Of a stretch of 64,000 nt of DNA, positions 14,283 to 26,099 are shown piece after piece. Position numbers and translations under genes: made by a program. The notes under the pieces were generated by a model. It was not told the DNA's origin and ran no database searches. It saw only the letters and a list, made by a program, of their open reading frames with translations. Within the stretch, counting starts at the first letter, position 1; every line of letters begins with the position of its first letter. This DNA is from Eledone cirrhosa (taxonomy: Eukaryota): NCBI GenBank assembly GCA_964016885.1, contig OZ024742.1:279558001-279622000 (forward strand). Direction: 5' to 3'.

Positions 14283-14750
14283 TAAAGATTAGACTCATCT
14301 ATATAATACTAAATGTCTTTGATTGCTTGATTGTCTGTAATGTAATACAGCCAAAAGGGTGCATAATCGAAAATACTTTGAAAGGAAGTTTACCCTGAAA
14401 AAGGAATACAAATGGAAGAAAACAATTTCGCGTAAATCGAAGCACGGGTCCCGAGATATGGGGTTTTCTGGGTAAATTCATAAACAGAGACAGAGAAAGA
14501 TAGAGAAGAGGGATAGTGGTTGTGAGAGAGTAGATTGAAAGAGAGACATAGAGAGAGGGAGAGGAGACAGAGACGGAGAATGGAAGAGAGAGGGCTGGTG
14601 GTGTTGCATGTGTGTGTGTATATATATATATAAAATTGCAAGTTTGAAGAACCATTAGATAAAATATATACAGTATTTCCTCTCCGTAAGAAATAGCCAA
14701 ACTCATATATGTATCTGTGACTATATCTAATATATATATATACCCCTTTG

Positions 14751-14814
<64 letters not shown>

Positions 14815-14881
14815 TATGAAGAGAGAAGAAACATTTAGATATAATTAGTAATAAAATGTATCATACCTAAACTGCTCCTAG

Positions 14882-14974
14882 ATTCCTCGACTACGTAGTT
14901 TCGTGGCATAAACAAAAACAATACATCATAAAGATATAGAGTCCTTGCGAGGTATGCCGACTTATCAAGAGGAT
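14882..14974 (-). ncRNA. Type I hammerhead ribozyme, U3:A8 core variant
   Basis: Minus strand reads cctc-TTGATAA-gtcggcata...tatgccac-GAAA-ctacgtag-TC-gagg. Confidence 0.7.
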
Positions 14975-15474
14975 ACCTCATTTTACTAGTCTCAAGAACG
15001 CGTCTACACGACGTGAGAAAAAATCCCAAAAGGCGGAGGGGGAGATAGTCACGCGATATAACGGTCGAGAAACAGAGCTAAGCCTCTTATAACCCCGAAA
15101 AAAATACCACGGAGGCGGAGGGGGTATTTATATCGAAGCCGTAGAAGAGGTGGTGAAGGAGGGGAGAAGTATGAGTAATGGAAGCTTTCCAGCAGTCCCC
15201 ACACTTCAAAGATCGCTCGACCAGAGGGAGTTATTAACAATATATTTAGAAACACACAGATACATGCGGACACACACATATACATGAATGCATCCGCACC
15301 CAACCGTGAGTTAAGGATGCCAACTTCACCGATGTTGCTCAACGAATGACTGGGACAGACCAATCCGGTTGAACTAGACTGAACCAGTATCAGATTTAAA
15401 AATACATTATGAAGGGAGAAGAAACATTTAGATATAATTAGTAATAAAATGTATCATACCTAAACTGCTCCTAG

Positions 15475-15567
15475 ATTCCTCGACTACGTAGTTTCGTGGC
15501 ATAAACAAAAACAATACATCATAAAGATATAGAGTCCTTTCGAGGTCTGCCGACTTATCAAGAGGAT
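15475..15567 (-). ncRNA. Type I hammerhead ribozyme, U3:A8 core variant (copy 2)
   Basis: Same motif 593 bp downstream. Confidence 0.7.
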
Positions 15568-15957
15568 ACCTCATTTTACTAGTCTCAAGAACGCGTCTAC
15601 ACGACGTGAGAAAGAATCCCAAAAGGCGGAGGGGGAGATAGTCACGCGATATAACGGTTGAGAAACAGAGCTAAGCCTCTTATAAACCCGAAAAAAATAC
15701 CACGGAGGCGGAGGGGGTATTTATATCGAAGCCGTAGAAGAGGTGGTGAAGGAGGCGAGAAGTATGAGTAATGGAAGCTTACCAGCAGTCCCCACACTTC
15801 AAAGATTGCTCGACCAGAGGGAGTTATTAACAATATATTTAGAAACACACAGATACATGCGGACACACACATATACATGAATGCATCCGCACCCTATCGC
15901 GTGACTATCTCCCCCTCCGCCTTTTGGGATTCTTTCTTGAGACTAGTAAAATGAGGT

Positions 15958-16050
15958 ATCCTCTTGATAAGTCGGCAGACCTCGCAAGGAATCTATATCT
16001 TTATGATGTATTGTTTTTGTTTATGCCACGAAACTACGTAGTCGAGGAAT
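15958..16050 (+). ncRNA. Type I hammerhead ribozyme, U3:A8 core variant (copy 3)
   Basis: atcctc-TTGATAA-gtcggcaga...tatgccac-GAAA-ctacgtag-TC-gaggaat. Confidence 0.7.
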
Positions 16051-16550
16051 CTAGGAGCAGTTTAGGTATGATACATTTTATTACTAATTATATCTAAATG
16101 TTTCTTCTCTCTTCATAATGTATTTTTAACTCTGATACTGGTTCAGTCTAGTTCAAAGGTATTGGTCTGTCCCAGTCATTCATTGAGCAACATCGGTGAT
16201 GTTGGCACCCTTAACTCACGGTTGGGTGCGGATGCATTCATGTATATGTGTGTCTCCGCATGTATCTGTGTGTTTCTAAATATATTGTTAATAACTCCCT
16301 CTGGTCGAGCAATCTTTGAAGTGTGGGGACTGCTGGTAAGCTTCCATTACTCATACTTCTCGCCTCCTTCACCACCTCTTCTACGGCTTCGATATAAATA
16401 CCCCCTCCGCCTCCGTGGTATTTTTTTCGGGGTTATAAGAGGCTTAGCTCTGTTTCGCGACCGTTATATCGTGTGACTATCTCCCCCTCCGCCTTTTGTG
16501 ATTCTTTCTCACGTCGTGTAGACGCGTTCTTGAGACTAGTAAAATGAGGT

Positions 16551-16643
16551 ATCCTCTTGATAAGTCGGCATACCTCGCAAGGACTCTATATCTTTATGAT
16601 GTATTGTTTTTGTTTATGCCACGAAACTACGTAGTCGAGGAAT
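16551..16643 (+). ncRNA. Type I hammerhead ribozyme, U3:A8 core variant (copy 4)
   Basis: Same motif 593 bp downstream of copy 3. Confidence 0.7.
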
Positions 16644-16862
16644 CTAGGAGCAGTTTAGGTATGATACATTTTATTACTAATTATATCTAAATGTTTCTTC
16701 TCTCTTCATAATGTATTTTTAACTCTGATACTGGTTCAGTCTAGTTCAACTGTCCCAGTCATTCATTGAGCAACATCGGTGAAGTTGGCACCCTTAACTC
16801 ACGGTTGGGTGCGGATGCATTCATGTATATGTGTGTGTCCGCATGTATATGTGTGTTTCTAA

Positions 16863-16924
<62 letters not shown>

Positions 16925-17494
16925 AGTGTGTGTGTGTATATATATGTGTGTGTGTCTGTCTATGATCAGTGTATATAGATCACAGACACCCACATATATA
17001 CACACACACATACATATATATATATAAACACACACATTTATATGTATATGGTCCATCCAGTTTCATTTCGCATTATATACTTGTCTGTGTATATTTTAAT
17101 TATTTAAAAATTATTTTTAACTGAACATGATTTAAAAAAATATATTTTGAAGTGAGCGTGACTCGTTTGTTCACGGGTGGTCTAGTATGATATGAAAAAA
17201 ACTGCATGGCAAGCGTTCTTTCATTTAAAAGCAGCACAGGGTGTTATCAAAAGCAGATTTAGAAGCAGTAAAATAATATATGTACATTTATAGTCGAGTG
17301 CGTGTGTGTAAATATATTTGAATGTATGAATATATTCTGGAATCTCCTTGGTCTGATATCTGATGCGCTATCGTTTCTAGAGTCAGGCCAGATTATTATG
17401 TAGCGTATCTTGAGGGGATCGATTGCGAAACGCACGTCGCGTGAAAATAAATATATTGTTATATTGACTCATTATTATTATTATTATTGTGTGT

Positions 17495-17690
17495 GGTAGT
17501 TTGGCAGTATAGGCGGAGCGTCGGACAACGTGCTATGTAGCATAGAGTTACGGCCCTTTGTGTTCTGAGTTCACCTTTCGTCTTTACGGGTCAATAACAT
17601 TAAGCATCAATATTGCACTGGGGTCAATTTATTCGACTTTCCTCTCCCCGAAAATGACTGACCTTGTGCTTATATAAGAAACCATTATTA
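17495..17690 (+). mobile_element. Degenerate tRNA-derived SINE
   Basis: ttggcagtataggcggagcgtcggac...ctttcgtctttacgggtcaataa...gaccttgtgc. Confidence 0.6.
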
Positions 17691-18309
17691 TATATGTTCA
17701 CACATACATACACACATACATATATAAATGTATATATATACATACAAACACATTTGTATACATGAACATATATATATATATATAAATATATATATGTGTG
17801 TGTGTGAGTGCTTGTGCGTGTGTATGTGTGTATGTTTATGTGTGTGCATATTCGCAGATATATAACACTAGATTTAGGCAAATACTTTTGGGATGATTGA
17901 CAGGTTTGTATAAATAGGATTGAAAGATTGATTGGAACATGTCATTGAACATAATGATAGAATACGAGAATGGCATCAGCAATAGAACATTTAAGAACTG
18001 GATTACAAGCAGAGTATTATGAATAGATAAAAAAAAAGGGCTAATTTTCCAAGGATCATTCTATTTGTAGTGAAACAATCTTACTTGCTATTGACAGTGT
18101 AGGATTGACGAAGGGATTAGCAGATTCTACTGATCTCTAAATACAAACGAATAGAATAATTCAAGTGACGGAATAACATATTTTTATATGTTTCGGCACT
18201 CTGGGATTTGAGTTCAAATCTTACCAAGCTCAATTTTGCCTTTTATTCTTGCGGGGTCTATCAATCAACTATCGGACAAGGTTGTTGGGGAGTGAGGGGA
18301 AATTTAGAG

Positions 18310-18589
18310 CAGTCATGGGCAACCTGTGGCCCGCGAAACTTTCTGAATGACTCGCCTAAGTCACCTTAGTGAAATCTTTCTAATTTTTTTACCACATCTT
18401 TTCAGTCTTAATTTATCTTTCTCTCATTTTTGCGATCGATGATAACAATGTGTAAGAATTCTGAAGAAACAAATCAAAACAACCTGAGTTACGACCCTTT
18501 TTTTAAAATGTTGGCACGAATGTAAATTAGCGCTTGCGGCCCGCATAATCTCATGCAGCCCGCTCCTCGAAAAAGGTTGCCCATGCCTG
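18310..18589. mobile_element. hAT (Charlie-type) MITE
   Basis: TIRs cagtcatgggcaacct and aggttgcccatgcctg, with subterminal ggcccgc motifs. Only a degenerate 8-bp TSD (atttagag / tgttaaag). Confidence 0.75.
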
Positions 18590-18821
18590 TGTTAAAGCAT
18601 CTGAATTGATGACTTAACGTTCTAAGTAAATCTGCAATGACACTGACACTCAGTTGTGCCAGCATTTCTCTTGGAAAACCTTGTTGACCTGAAGAGAGAA
18701 GACTTATATGTTTAGATGATATTTAATCGTACTTAAATCTTCTTCACTAGCTTATGACTCGGTGGGAAAATGTCCAGAAAATGAGCTGGCATGCTAGAAA
18801 TAGTAGCCACAAAACCACTCC

Positions 18822-18896
<75 letters not shown>

Positions 18897-18940
18897 GCTA
18901 TCTATCTATCTATATATCTATCTATCTATCTATCTATCTA
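18822..18940. repeat. (TATC)n microsatellite at the left border of the Tx1 array; further tracts at 24724-24739, 25860-25892, 31702-31731 and 37280-37403
   Basis: Direct tetranucleotide repeat at every element boundary. Confidence 0.95.
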
Positions 18941-18968
18941 CGATGGACACATGTGCTGAGCTCGATCG

Positions 18969-19036
18969 GTAAGTTTTTGTTTAAATTCATACGGAAATTG
19001 TAAACTGTAAACTTTCATTTTTGTACCATTTTGTAG
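18969..19036 (+). other. Putative 68-nt spliceosomal intron in the LINE 5' UTR
   Basis: GTAAGT...AT-rich...TTTTGTAG, at the same position as in copies 2 and 3. Confidence 0.55.
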
Positions 19037-19158
19037 AGGGACTGCCAGGTCAAATTTTGATCTGGTCGGTCTCTCAAAATATTCTGCGCCTTTGGGCGAA
19101 ATAGTATTGTGAACATTTTATCTTTCGAAAAACTTCGAAAAACCCTATTTTGAGAAAA

Positions 19159-19338
19159 ATGGCTGAAGCATCTTCACCATCAATCAAAGAAGGAAAGGGG
19201 AAGTCATACTCACAGCTTCCCCCTTCCACTGTCACAGCAGCAGATGCGAAAGGCAGAGGTCAGAGAGAGGAAGAATTGTCTTCACCTGTTGACCGACCAC
19301 TAGATGTAGCCAAAATTACACAAGAATTTGAAAACAAC

Positions 19339-19369
<31 letters not shown>

Positions 19370-21022
19370 GCAACAATAAAGACAACAAAAACAACAACAA
19401 CACAAACGTCACAAGTATCCACACACGAAACGAGAAAGACAACAACAACAACAAAGATGAAAACAACTCAAACGACGAGAAACAAAACAATACTAATATC
19501 CAAAACGAAAACAAAATATCTTTTGCACAAACGGCTAAATTATCAGTCGCTTATGTGCTGGAAGATATTTCAAAAGCAAAAGAAATGCTGGAAAAAGCCA
19601 AGAAATATGTGTCTTTTGGCGAAAACGGATCGTTTTCTATACATTCACCTCCGGAGCTAAAAAGACAGACGGAATTACGAACTGTCGTATTCCGAACAAT
19701 TTTAAATAAAACAAAGAAACCAGCGCAACCATCTCAAGCGGAAACTCAGTTAGTCTTGAAAGACGCGATGAGAGATATCACTTTCATACAAAAGGATAAA
19801 CTCTATGGGAGTTTATCCATATTGATGAAAGACGAATTGGCGGCAAAAAAATACTCTGTGTCGCCAATTCGGTCCACACACTACACCTTCTTCCCCACCT
19901 ACATGGGTAAAAAAACCCAGAGGATATGGATAACCACCATCACCCCAAACATAAACTACTGGTGGTTACTAACCGGTTTCCTCAATTTAGACGAGGACAA
20001 CCTCATCTCAATAGGGAAGGCATCCGGCGACGCGTTCAGTGGAACGAGCCTCGAAGTTCTGACCCAAATAAGGCCAGAACGCATCGCCCAAATCCCTGAG
20101 CGCGTCATGCTGGATGACCGTACCCACCTCAACATTATTGTGGAGGGTAGGCGTCCCTCCTGTTACCTCTGTGGTAATAGAGGTCACCTGAGGGCTGCCT
20201 GTCCCCAACTCACACAGAAAAAAACACTGCTACCAACACCAACACCACCCCAACTACAACAACAAAAACAACCACAACAACAACAAAAACCAACAACCCC
20301 ACCACCACCACCACAACAACAACAACAACAACAAACACGTGAAAAAATAACACAGAATACTGTCCCACCCAATCCCTCCCCACCCAAAACAAATACAAAA
20401 ACACGCACACCGCAAACACTACCAGAAAACATACCCCTCCCATCCAACAAGGAAGACGAACCTCTTTCGTCGCAAGACGAAAAAGATCCCTTCCAACAAG
20501 TAAAAAGAAAGAAGAGGAGACGCACCACAGACACACATGTTAACTTTAATCCCCCCCCCAAGAGAACACAAACTACACACAAACCACCCCTCCCTGTCAC
20601 ACAACACTAACTGCTACACAAAAAAAGACCTTACAATACACATACATGAACACAGACAACAAAGAATTACGGAAAACAATTTCAGCAAACCCTTCGGTCC
20701 AAACTGAAGGGCCAAACTTTATAACTGCTGTGGGACTACCTCATTTGAAAATGATAAAAGTCCCAATGCACTTGTACAAAACACTGAAAATAAATTTCAC
20801 GGAGGACGTGGGCCCCCCCTGCGCCAAACCAATCAACCGCGTCCTCCTAAAAAAATTCACCCCCCCACCCCACCCCACCCAGACACCCACTCAACGACAA
20901 ACACCCCAACCCCACAACATACCGATGCCCCTTCACTTCCACAAACCACCACCCCACCCAACAACCCATCCCCAACCAGCATGGAAATTGAGCGGCCCGT
21001 TTCCCGGGACGCAGAGAGGTAA
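19159..21022 (+). CDS. Tx1 ORF1 (gag-like, CCHC knuckle), interrupted near 20610 and in the distal low-complexity region
   Basis: ATG at 19159 (MAEASSP, as in copy 3), Asn-rich region, CYLCGNRGHLRAAC knuckle, P/Q/T-rich region. Homology with copy 2 places the C-terminus at MEIERPVSRDAER* (TAA at 21020-21022). Confidence 0.8.
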
Positions 21023-21046
21023 GTGCCTTTTCTCTTTACCACCAAC

Positions 21047-24000
21047 ATGGCTGTGCTAAGAGTAGGGTGTCTAAATGCGCGTGGCCTGGGCTCGTCTTGG
21101 AAGCAAGCAATGCTTCTAAATGACCTCAGGTCACAATCTATAAATGTGATGGTTATCTGCGAGGCCCGGATCAGCAGCATGCGACAGCTAGCCCCCACCT
21201 TTGACGACTTTGAGATGCACGCATCTCTCTGTCAGCCCGGAGGTGGGGGTGGGGTTGTCGTTCTGCTGCAAAAACATATGGGCCTTGCAACACAGATAGT
21301 TCACTTGGACCCAGGGGGTCGACTGGTGGTGCTGGACCTTGGCAGTGGTGAAGGTAGAGCCCTTAGGCTGATAGCCGCATATGCCCCTTTTGGGACAGAG
21401 CGGCCCGACTTTTTCCAGCGTCTGGAGTCTTTTCTGTGGGGGATTGGAATGGTATCCTGGATGCACGTTGGGACTATGCAGGGGCATGTCCCGATAGAGA
21501 GGGGTGCAACAGCCTCAAGGGGTTACTCGGCCGATTTGACCTGGCCGATAGATTTCGACTAGATTTTCCGACGGTGCCAACCTGTTCTTGGTCAAATCGC
21601 AGCGGATCATCTAGATCGTACCTAGATAGATTTTTAGCTAGAAATAAGGACAGGGACTTTTTAAGTTGTCCAGAAATGCTCATGGTTGGCTATTCAGACC
21701 ACAAGTTGGTGACCTGCATGGTCAACCTTGATAGAACGCATAGACAGGGCCCCGGTTACTGGAAGCTCAACTTGTCCTTGCCGGCAAGTAGAGCCTACAG
21801 GAATCGGATTAGTACGTTAGTTAAGGAACGGTTGACTGGAGCGATCGTCAACAGCAGGTGGTGGGTATCTCTAAAGAGAGAGATTAGAGTAGTCTCGATT
21901 GAATTTAGTAAGGTTCTAGCTGCGGATAGGAATAGGAAGGAAAGGGAGCTAATAGATAGAGTAGAAGAGGCAATTAGAAGCGGCGACGTGGCCAGAGTGC
22001 TAGCGTCGAGAACGGCTTTGAGCCAGTTTTTCGACGCGAAGCACGAAGGCTGCGTTGTCCGAAGTAAAATACGTGCTCTAGGGAACGAGGGGGCCAAAGC
22101 TGTTAGCTGGGCCCGCGTGACAGAGGCCAACAGTGGAACTAAATCCACCATCCGGTCTTTGCGAGACCTGGATGGACGGGCGATTCTTGAGCCTAAGCAG
22201 ATGTGTGAGGCCTTTCAAAGGCACTTTGCCCGACTGTTCGGGAGGGACGGGGAGCCGGTTGGAAACGTGGACTTCGGTCCATACCTCGACGGCCTGCCGC
22301 GCCTCTCGGACAGGGAGGCGAAGTCTTGCGAGGAGCCGATTTCGGCCGCTGAGATAGAGGACGTGCTGGGCCAATGCGGCAAACGCAAATCCCCGGGTCT
22401 CGATGGTCTTCCTTACGAATTATATCTAGCTATGCCGGACTTGTTCCCCGATCTCCTCGAGGCGGTCTACTGCAACTGGCAACAGAACGGGAGAATTCCC
22501 TGTACTGTGACCAAGGGCGTAGTCACGCTAGTGAGGAAGGACGAGAACAAGGGGGACGAAATAAGTAACTTCAGGCCCATAACTCTGCTAAATACAGAAT
22601 TACAGATTTTGGCCAAGGTGCTAGCAAAGAGGTTGGCGCTTGTCGTGGGCAACCTGGTGGGAGATGCGCAGACATGCGCTATCCCGTCCAGGTCCATCCA
22701 TGACAACCTCCACCTCATGCGATACATCATAGAGAGGGTTGGGAACGAACCCGGCTTTGGTGGGGCTCTGATCAACTTGGATCAATCTAAGGCGTTCGAT
22801 AGGGTCGACCATGGTTACCTGGATGCGGTGCTAGCGGCGGCAGGCTTCGGACCCGTTTTCAGGGGCTGGATCACTGCTATGCACAGCAGCCGCATCTGCT
22901 CTAGGGTCAAGGTGAACGGCTACCTCTCGGAGCCGTTCAAAATCGCGCGGTCCATCCGACAAGGGTGCCCTCTCTCCTCCCTTCTGTATGTGTTGACTCT
23001 CGAGCCACTACTGCGGAAGTTGGAGTTGTTGCAGGGCATCCCTTTGGAACCGGGATTGCGGAAAGCGGTGTCAGCCTACGCCGATGATGTGACAGTAATG
23101 GTGTCGACGGCCTCCGAAATCGAGGCGGTCGGCACCTTACTGGAGGAGTACGAAAAGTTCACAGGGGCTAAGCTGAACCGGGACAAGTCGATCGGTTTGC
23201 AACTCGGCACGTGGAGGGGCAGACCGATGCCCTCCGATGGCGTCGTCGGACGCTGGACGGAGGGCCCGGTGAAGTTGCTCGGGGTCTGGTTCGGACCGGA
23301 CCTCCAGGTGGAGAAAAACTGGGCGGAGGTTACGAACAGGGTGTTTGCACTGACCCAGAAGTGGGCCAGTTGCAAACTATCCCTGAAAGGTCGGGCGGAG
23401 GTGGCGAACACTTATATAGCGTCCGTCATCTACTACCGCCTGACCGTAGTGCCCTGCCCAAGGGAAACCCTCACCAAGATGGAGCGCGCGCTCTTCCAAT
23501 TCCTTTGGAAGGGGCGGGCTCCTATGGTGAGGAGATCCATCTGCTGTCAACACCCTTCGAAAGGAGGGCTGGGGATGCCGTGGCTAATGATGCGTAAACA
23601 CGCATTAAGGCTACGGCACCTCTACGTATTCCTCACCGGACAACCGGTGTGGGCCTCGTTTGTGAGACGAACCTTTCCCAGACTCGTCTCACTCACCGAG
23701 CTGCAATCCTGGGTCAAGCAAAGACCGAGAAAACTGGGCGCCTGGCACACTGAGTGTGCCCAGGCGCTCACCGCCCTCTGGCAGGCGGATCCGGTTATCA
23801 GTGGAGACTCCACCGCAACATTCTATAGAGGGCTGGTACGCAGCAGGTGCGACGACGCCCTTGGAGAAGCCCTAGACATGGAGGAGGACGAACTGGCCAG
23901 CCTGTTCGGTAGGACATTCAGCCCGGGACCTATGGACAACTTCCAGAAGTCCCTGGCCTGGCAGTGCTACCGAGGGGCTTTACCCGTTCGAGAAAGGCTC

Positions 24001-24459
24001 TACAGACACGGGCGCCCGGGTAGGGACCCCGCCAAAAAGATCTGTCCCAGATGCGTGTGCGACGAGGAAACCGTTGCACACGCATTGGTACACTGCTCGG
24101 GCGTAGCCGATCTGTGGGGCTATGTCGAACAACTGCTGTCAAGGGTGGGACCGATCCGGTTGACCACCGAGTCTATTGTAATGATCAAGCCGCCTCCCCC
24201 CTTCAAAGATGAAGCAGAGGCGGTGTTTCTGTGCGTAATAGCCATGGCGAAAGAGGTTGTATGGTGGACGCGTCTGAAAGGACTGAGGTCAGGCACCTTT
24301 CTCTCTGGCCAACAACTGGTCCGTTTCTTCCGATATCATTTCGGAAGAAGGATCAGGATGGAGAGAGAGGTGCTGCACCCCAGTCGTTTTTATGAAAGGT
24401 GGGTGAAAGTGGCGAGAATGGCCCGTGTGAATGGGCCTTCTCTTTACATAAGCCTGTAG
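21047..24459 (+). CDS. Tx1 ORF2: apurinic-like endonuclease, reverse transcriptase and CCHC finger; one frameshifting ~25-nt deletion near 21437
   Basis: LNARGL, GDWN, YLDRF and SDH (APE); KSPGLDG, FRPITLLN, DQSKAFD, RQGCPLS and YADD (RT); CPRC...ETVAHALVHC. Confidence 0.92.
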
Positions 24460-24739
24460 GTGGAAAAGAGGAAGGAACGAGGGAGCACCCCCTCTCTGTG
24501 CTCCTGAGGAAAAGGGTTGCACACTTTTTTCGGGGGTGTGTGCGACCCCCCAAGGCGCCTCCTCTCTATTGAGGATTTTGTTAAAAATTTTATTTTTTGT
24601 TATATCTTATTTTATTTTTATATTTTGTTATTGCCTCCTCCTTATTGAGGACGCCTTTTTGTGTAAACTCCCCCCTTTGTACTTGTCCCACTTTTGATGC
24701 CCTAGTGGCAAATAAAAGAAACTTATCTATCTAGCTGTC

Positions 24740-25859
24740 GCATTAAGGCTACGGCACCTCCAGGTATTCCTCTCCGGTCAACCGGTGTTGGCCCCGTTTG
24801 TGAGGCGAGCCTTTCCCAGACTCGTCTCGCTCGCCGAGCTGCAATCCTGGGTGAGCAAAGACCGAGAAAACTGGGCGCCTGGCACACCGAGTGTGCCCAG
24901 GCGCTCACGGCTCTCTGGCAGGCGGACCCGGCTGTCAGATGAGAATCCACCTCGTCATTCTATAGGGGGCTGGTGGTTATCAGATGCGACGACGCCCTCG
25001 GAGAAGCCCTAGGCATGGAGAAAGACGAACTGGCCAACCTGTTCGGTAGGACATTCAGCCCGAGACCCATGGATAACTTCCGGTGTTCCCTGGCCTGGCA
25101 GTGCTACCGAGGGGCTCTGCCCGTTCGAGAAAGGCTCTACAGACACGGGCACCCGGGTAGGGACCCCTGGAGAAAGATCTGTCCCAAATGCGTGTGCGAC
25201 GAGGAAACCGTTGCACATGCATTGGTACACTGCTCGGGCATTGCCGATCTGTGGGGCTATGTCGAACAACTGCTGTCAAGGGTGGGGCCGATCCGGTTGA
25301 CCACCGAGTCTATTGTAACAATGAAGCCGCCTCCCCTCTTCAAACACGAAGGAGAGGTGGTGTTTCTGTGCGTAATAGCCATGGCGAAAGAGGTTGTATG
25401 GTGGACGCGTCTGAAAGGACTGAGGTCAGACACCTTTCTCTCTGGCTAACAACTGGTCCGTTTCTTCCGATATCATTTCGGAAGAAGGATCAGGATAGAG
25501 AGAGAGGTGCTGCACCCCAGCCGTTTTTATGAAAGATGGGTGAAAGTGGCGAGAATGGCCCGTGTGAATGGGCCTTCACTCTACATCAGACTATAGGTGA
25601 AGAAGATGAAAGATCAAGGGAGCACCCCCTCTCTGTGTTCCTGAGGAGAAGGTTTGCACACTTTTTTCGGGGTGTGTGCGACCCCCAAGGCGCCTCCTTC
25701 CTATTGAGGATTTTGTTATTAAATTTATTTTTTTTATATTTTATTTTATTTTTATATCTTGTTATTGCCCCCTCCTTATTGAGGACGCCTTTTTATGTAA
25801 ATTCCCCCCATTGTACTTGTCCCACTTTTTGATGCCCTGGTTGCAAATAAAAAGAAAGT
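24740..25859 (+). mobile_element. 5'-truncated Tx1 copy (subfamily A): ORF2 C-terminus and 3' UTR
   Basis: Homologous to 23602-24723, with stops and frameshifts. Flanked by (TATC)n. Confidence 0.92.
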
Positions 25860-25911
25860 TATCTATCTATCTATCTATCTATCTTTCTGTCTAACGTGTG
25901 GAATATCGCCG

Positions 25912-25980
25912 GTAAGTTTTTTGTTAATTTCTATGCAAAAAACCGATCTAATTGTTTGAAAAAAATACAACACTTTGTAG
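25912..25980 (+). other. Putative 69-nt 5' UTR intron
   Basis: GTAAGT, branch-like CTAAT at 25948, and CTTTGTAG. Confidence 0.55.
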
Positions 25981-26099
25981 ATTAACCCCCAAGCTGAATT
26001 GTCAGCTGGGTGGTAATCCCATTTTTCCCCCTTGTAGGGGCGAAAATTTTATTTAAAAGTTTGTCTTAAAATATCAAATTTTACAAAGTAAAAAAAAAC

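Larger units (their letters stand above)
14810..16868. mobile_element. Retrozyme-like / pLTR array, 593-bp unit: ~1.8 units on the minus strand then ~1.7 units on the plus strand, junction at 15894/15895, inside (TA)n
   Basis: Exact 593-bp periodicity (14882/15475 and 15958/16551). One hammerhead per unit. No credible protein ORF. Confidence 0.85.
18941..24723 (+). mobile_element. Full-length Tx1/L1-clade LINE, copy 1 (subfamily A)
   Basis: 5' UTR, gag-like ORF1, APE-RT-CCHC ORF2, 3' UTR with AATAAA at 24711, bounded by (TATC)n. The 5' gatggacac motif is shared with copy 3. Confidence 0.93.

Noticed and set aside
19030-19110. Possible HDV-like or hammerhead ribozyme in the Tx1 5' UTR
   Set aside because: No nested double pseudoknot or CUGANGA core could be built. 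Reported only as conserved hairpins.
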